Shown here: in pieces, positions 63,995 through 64,000 of the stretch
Layout of the letters: the number at the start of each line of letters is the position of its first letter
Position numbering within the stretch: the first letter of the stretch is position 1
NCBI GenBank assembly: GCA_030646995.1
Contig: JAUSKF010000002.1
Location: 76,092 to 140,091 of the forward strand
Length of the DNA stretch: 64,000 nt
Source: a bacterium
GTDB taxonomy: Bacteria; Patescibacteriota; Minisyncoccia; UBA6257; WO2-44-18
Reading direction: 5' to 3'
Program-made: the position numbers and the translations under genes
The notes under the pieces: generated by a model
The model's input: only the letters and a program-made list of their open reading frames with translations
The model's database searches: none
What the model was told of the DNA's origin: nothing

Positions 63995-64000
63995 CTGAGT

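Overview
The window is a 64-kb bacterial chromosomal segment that I infer, without database confirmation, to come from a small, reduced genome of the CPR/Patescibacteria kind. It opens with the S10-spc ribosomal protein operon, rplD through rplO then secY, adk and map. There is no L30 gene between rpsE and rplO, S14 is the zinc-type and S19, L22 and S5 carry extensions; L30 absence is typical of CPR. The rest mixes core genes with accessory material. Core genes are murC, alr, serS, lysS, greA, gltX, murG, ftsW, ychF, class II RNR, rluB-like, tgt, tsaC, pgi/pmi and an SPFH protein. Accessory material is a PD-(D/E)XK nuclease island, a HerA/VirB4/TraG-type membrane ATPase operon, a P-loop-CYTH fusion, a fadA-fadB-ACAD beta-oxidation trio, a stand-alone malate synthase, GT2 plus large membrane-protein paralogs beside type IV pilin genes, and two tRNA genes. 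Four things stand out. (1) A tRNA, most likely Phe-GAA, interrupted by a 223-nt group I intron, with an LAGLIDADG-like ORF abutting it. (2) Both tRNAs are followed 140-190 nt downstream by a second copy of their own last 17 nt, this time with templated CCA, separated by GC-rich structured RNA-like segments. (3) Several dispersed short repeat families with compensatory base changes: a 53/141/149-bp element, a CAACGCGTTG terminator-hairpin family, a GGAGTAATCRCGAATAA motif sitting on stop codons, an AGTAGAA heptad family and an ATTTAAATATTTAAA spacer motif. (4) Beta-oxidation and glyoxylate-shunt genes that look metabolically out of place in such a reduced genome. All calls come from reading the sequence and ORF translations by eye; nothing was computed or searched.
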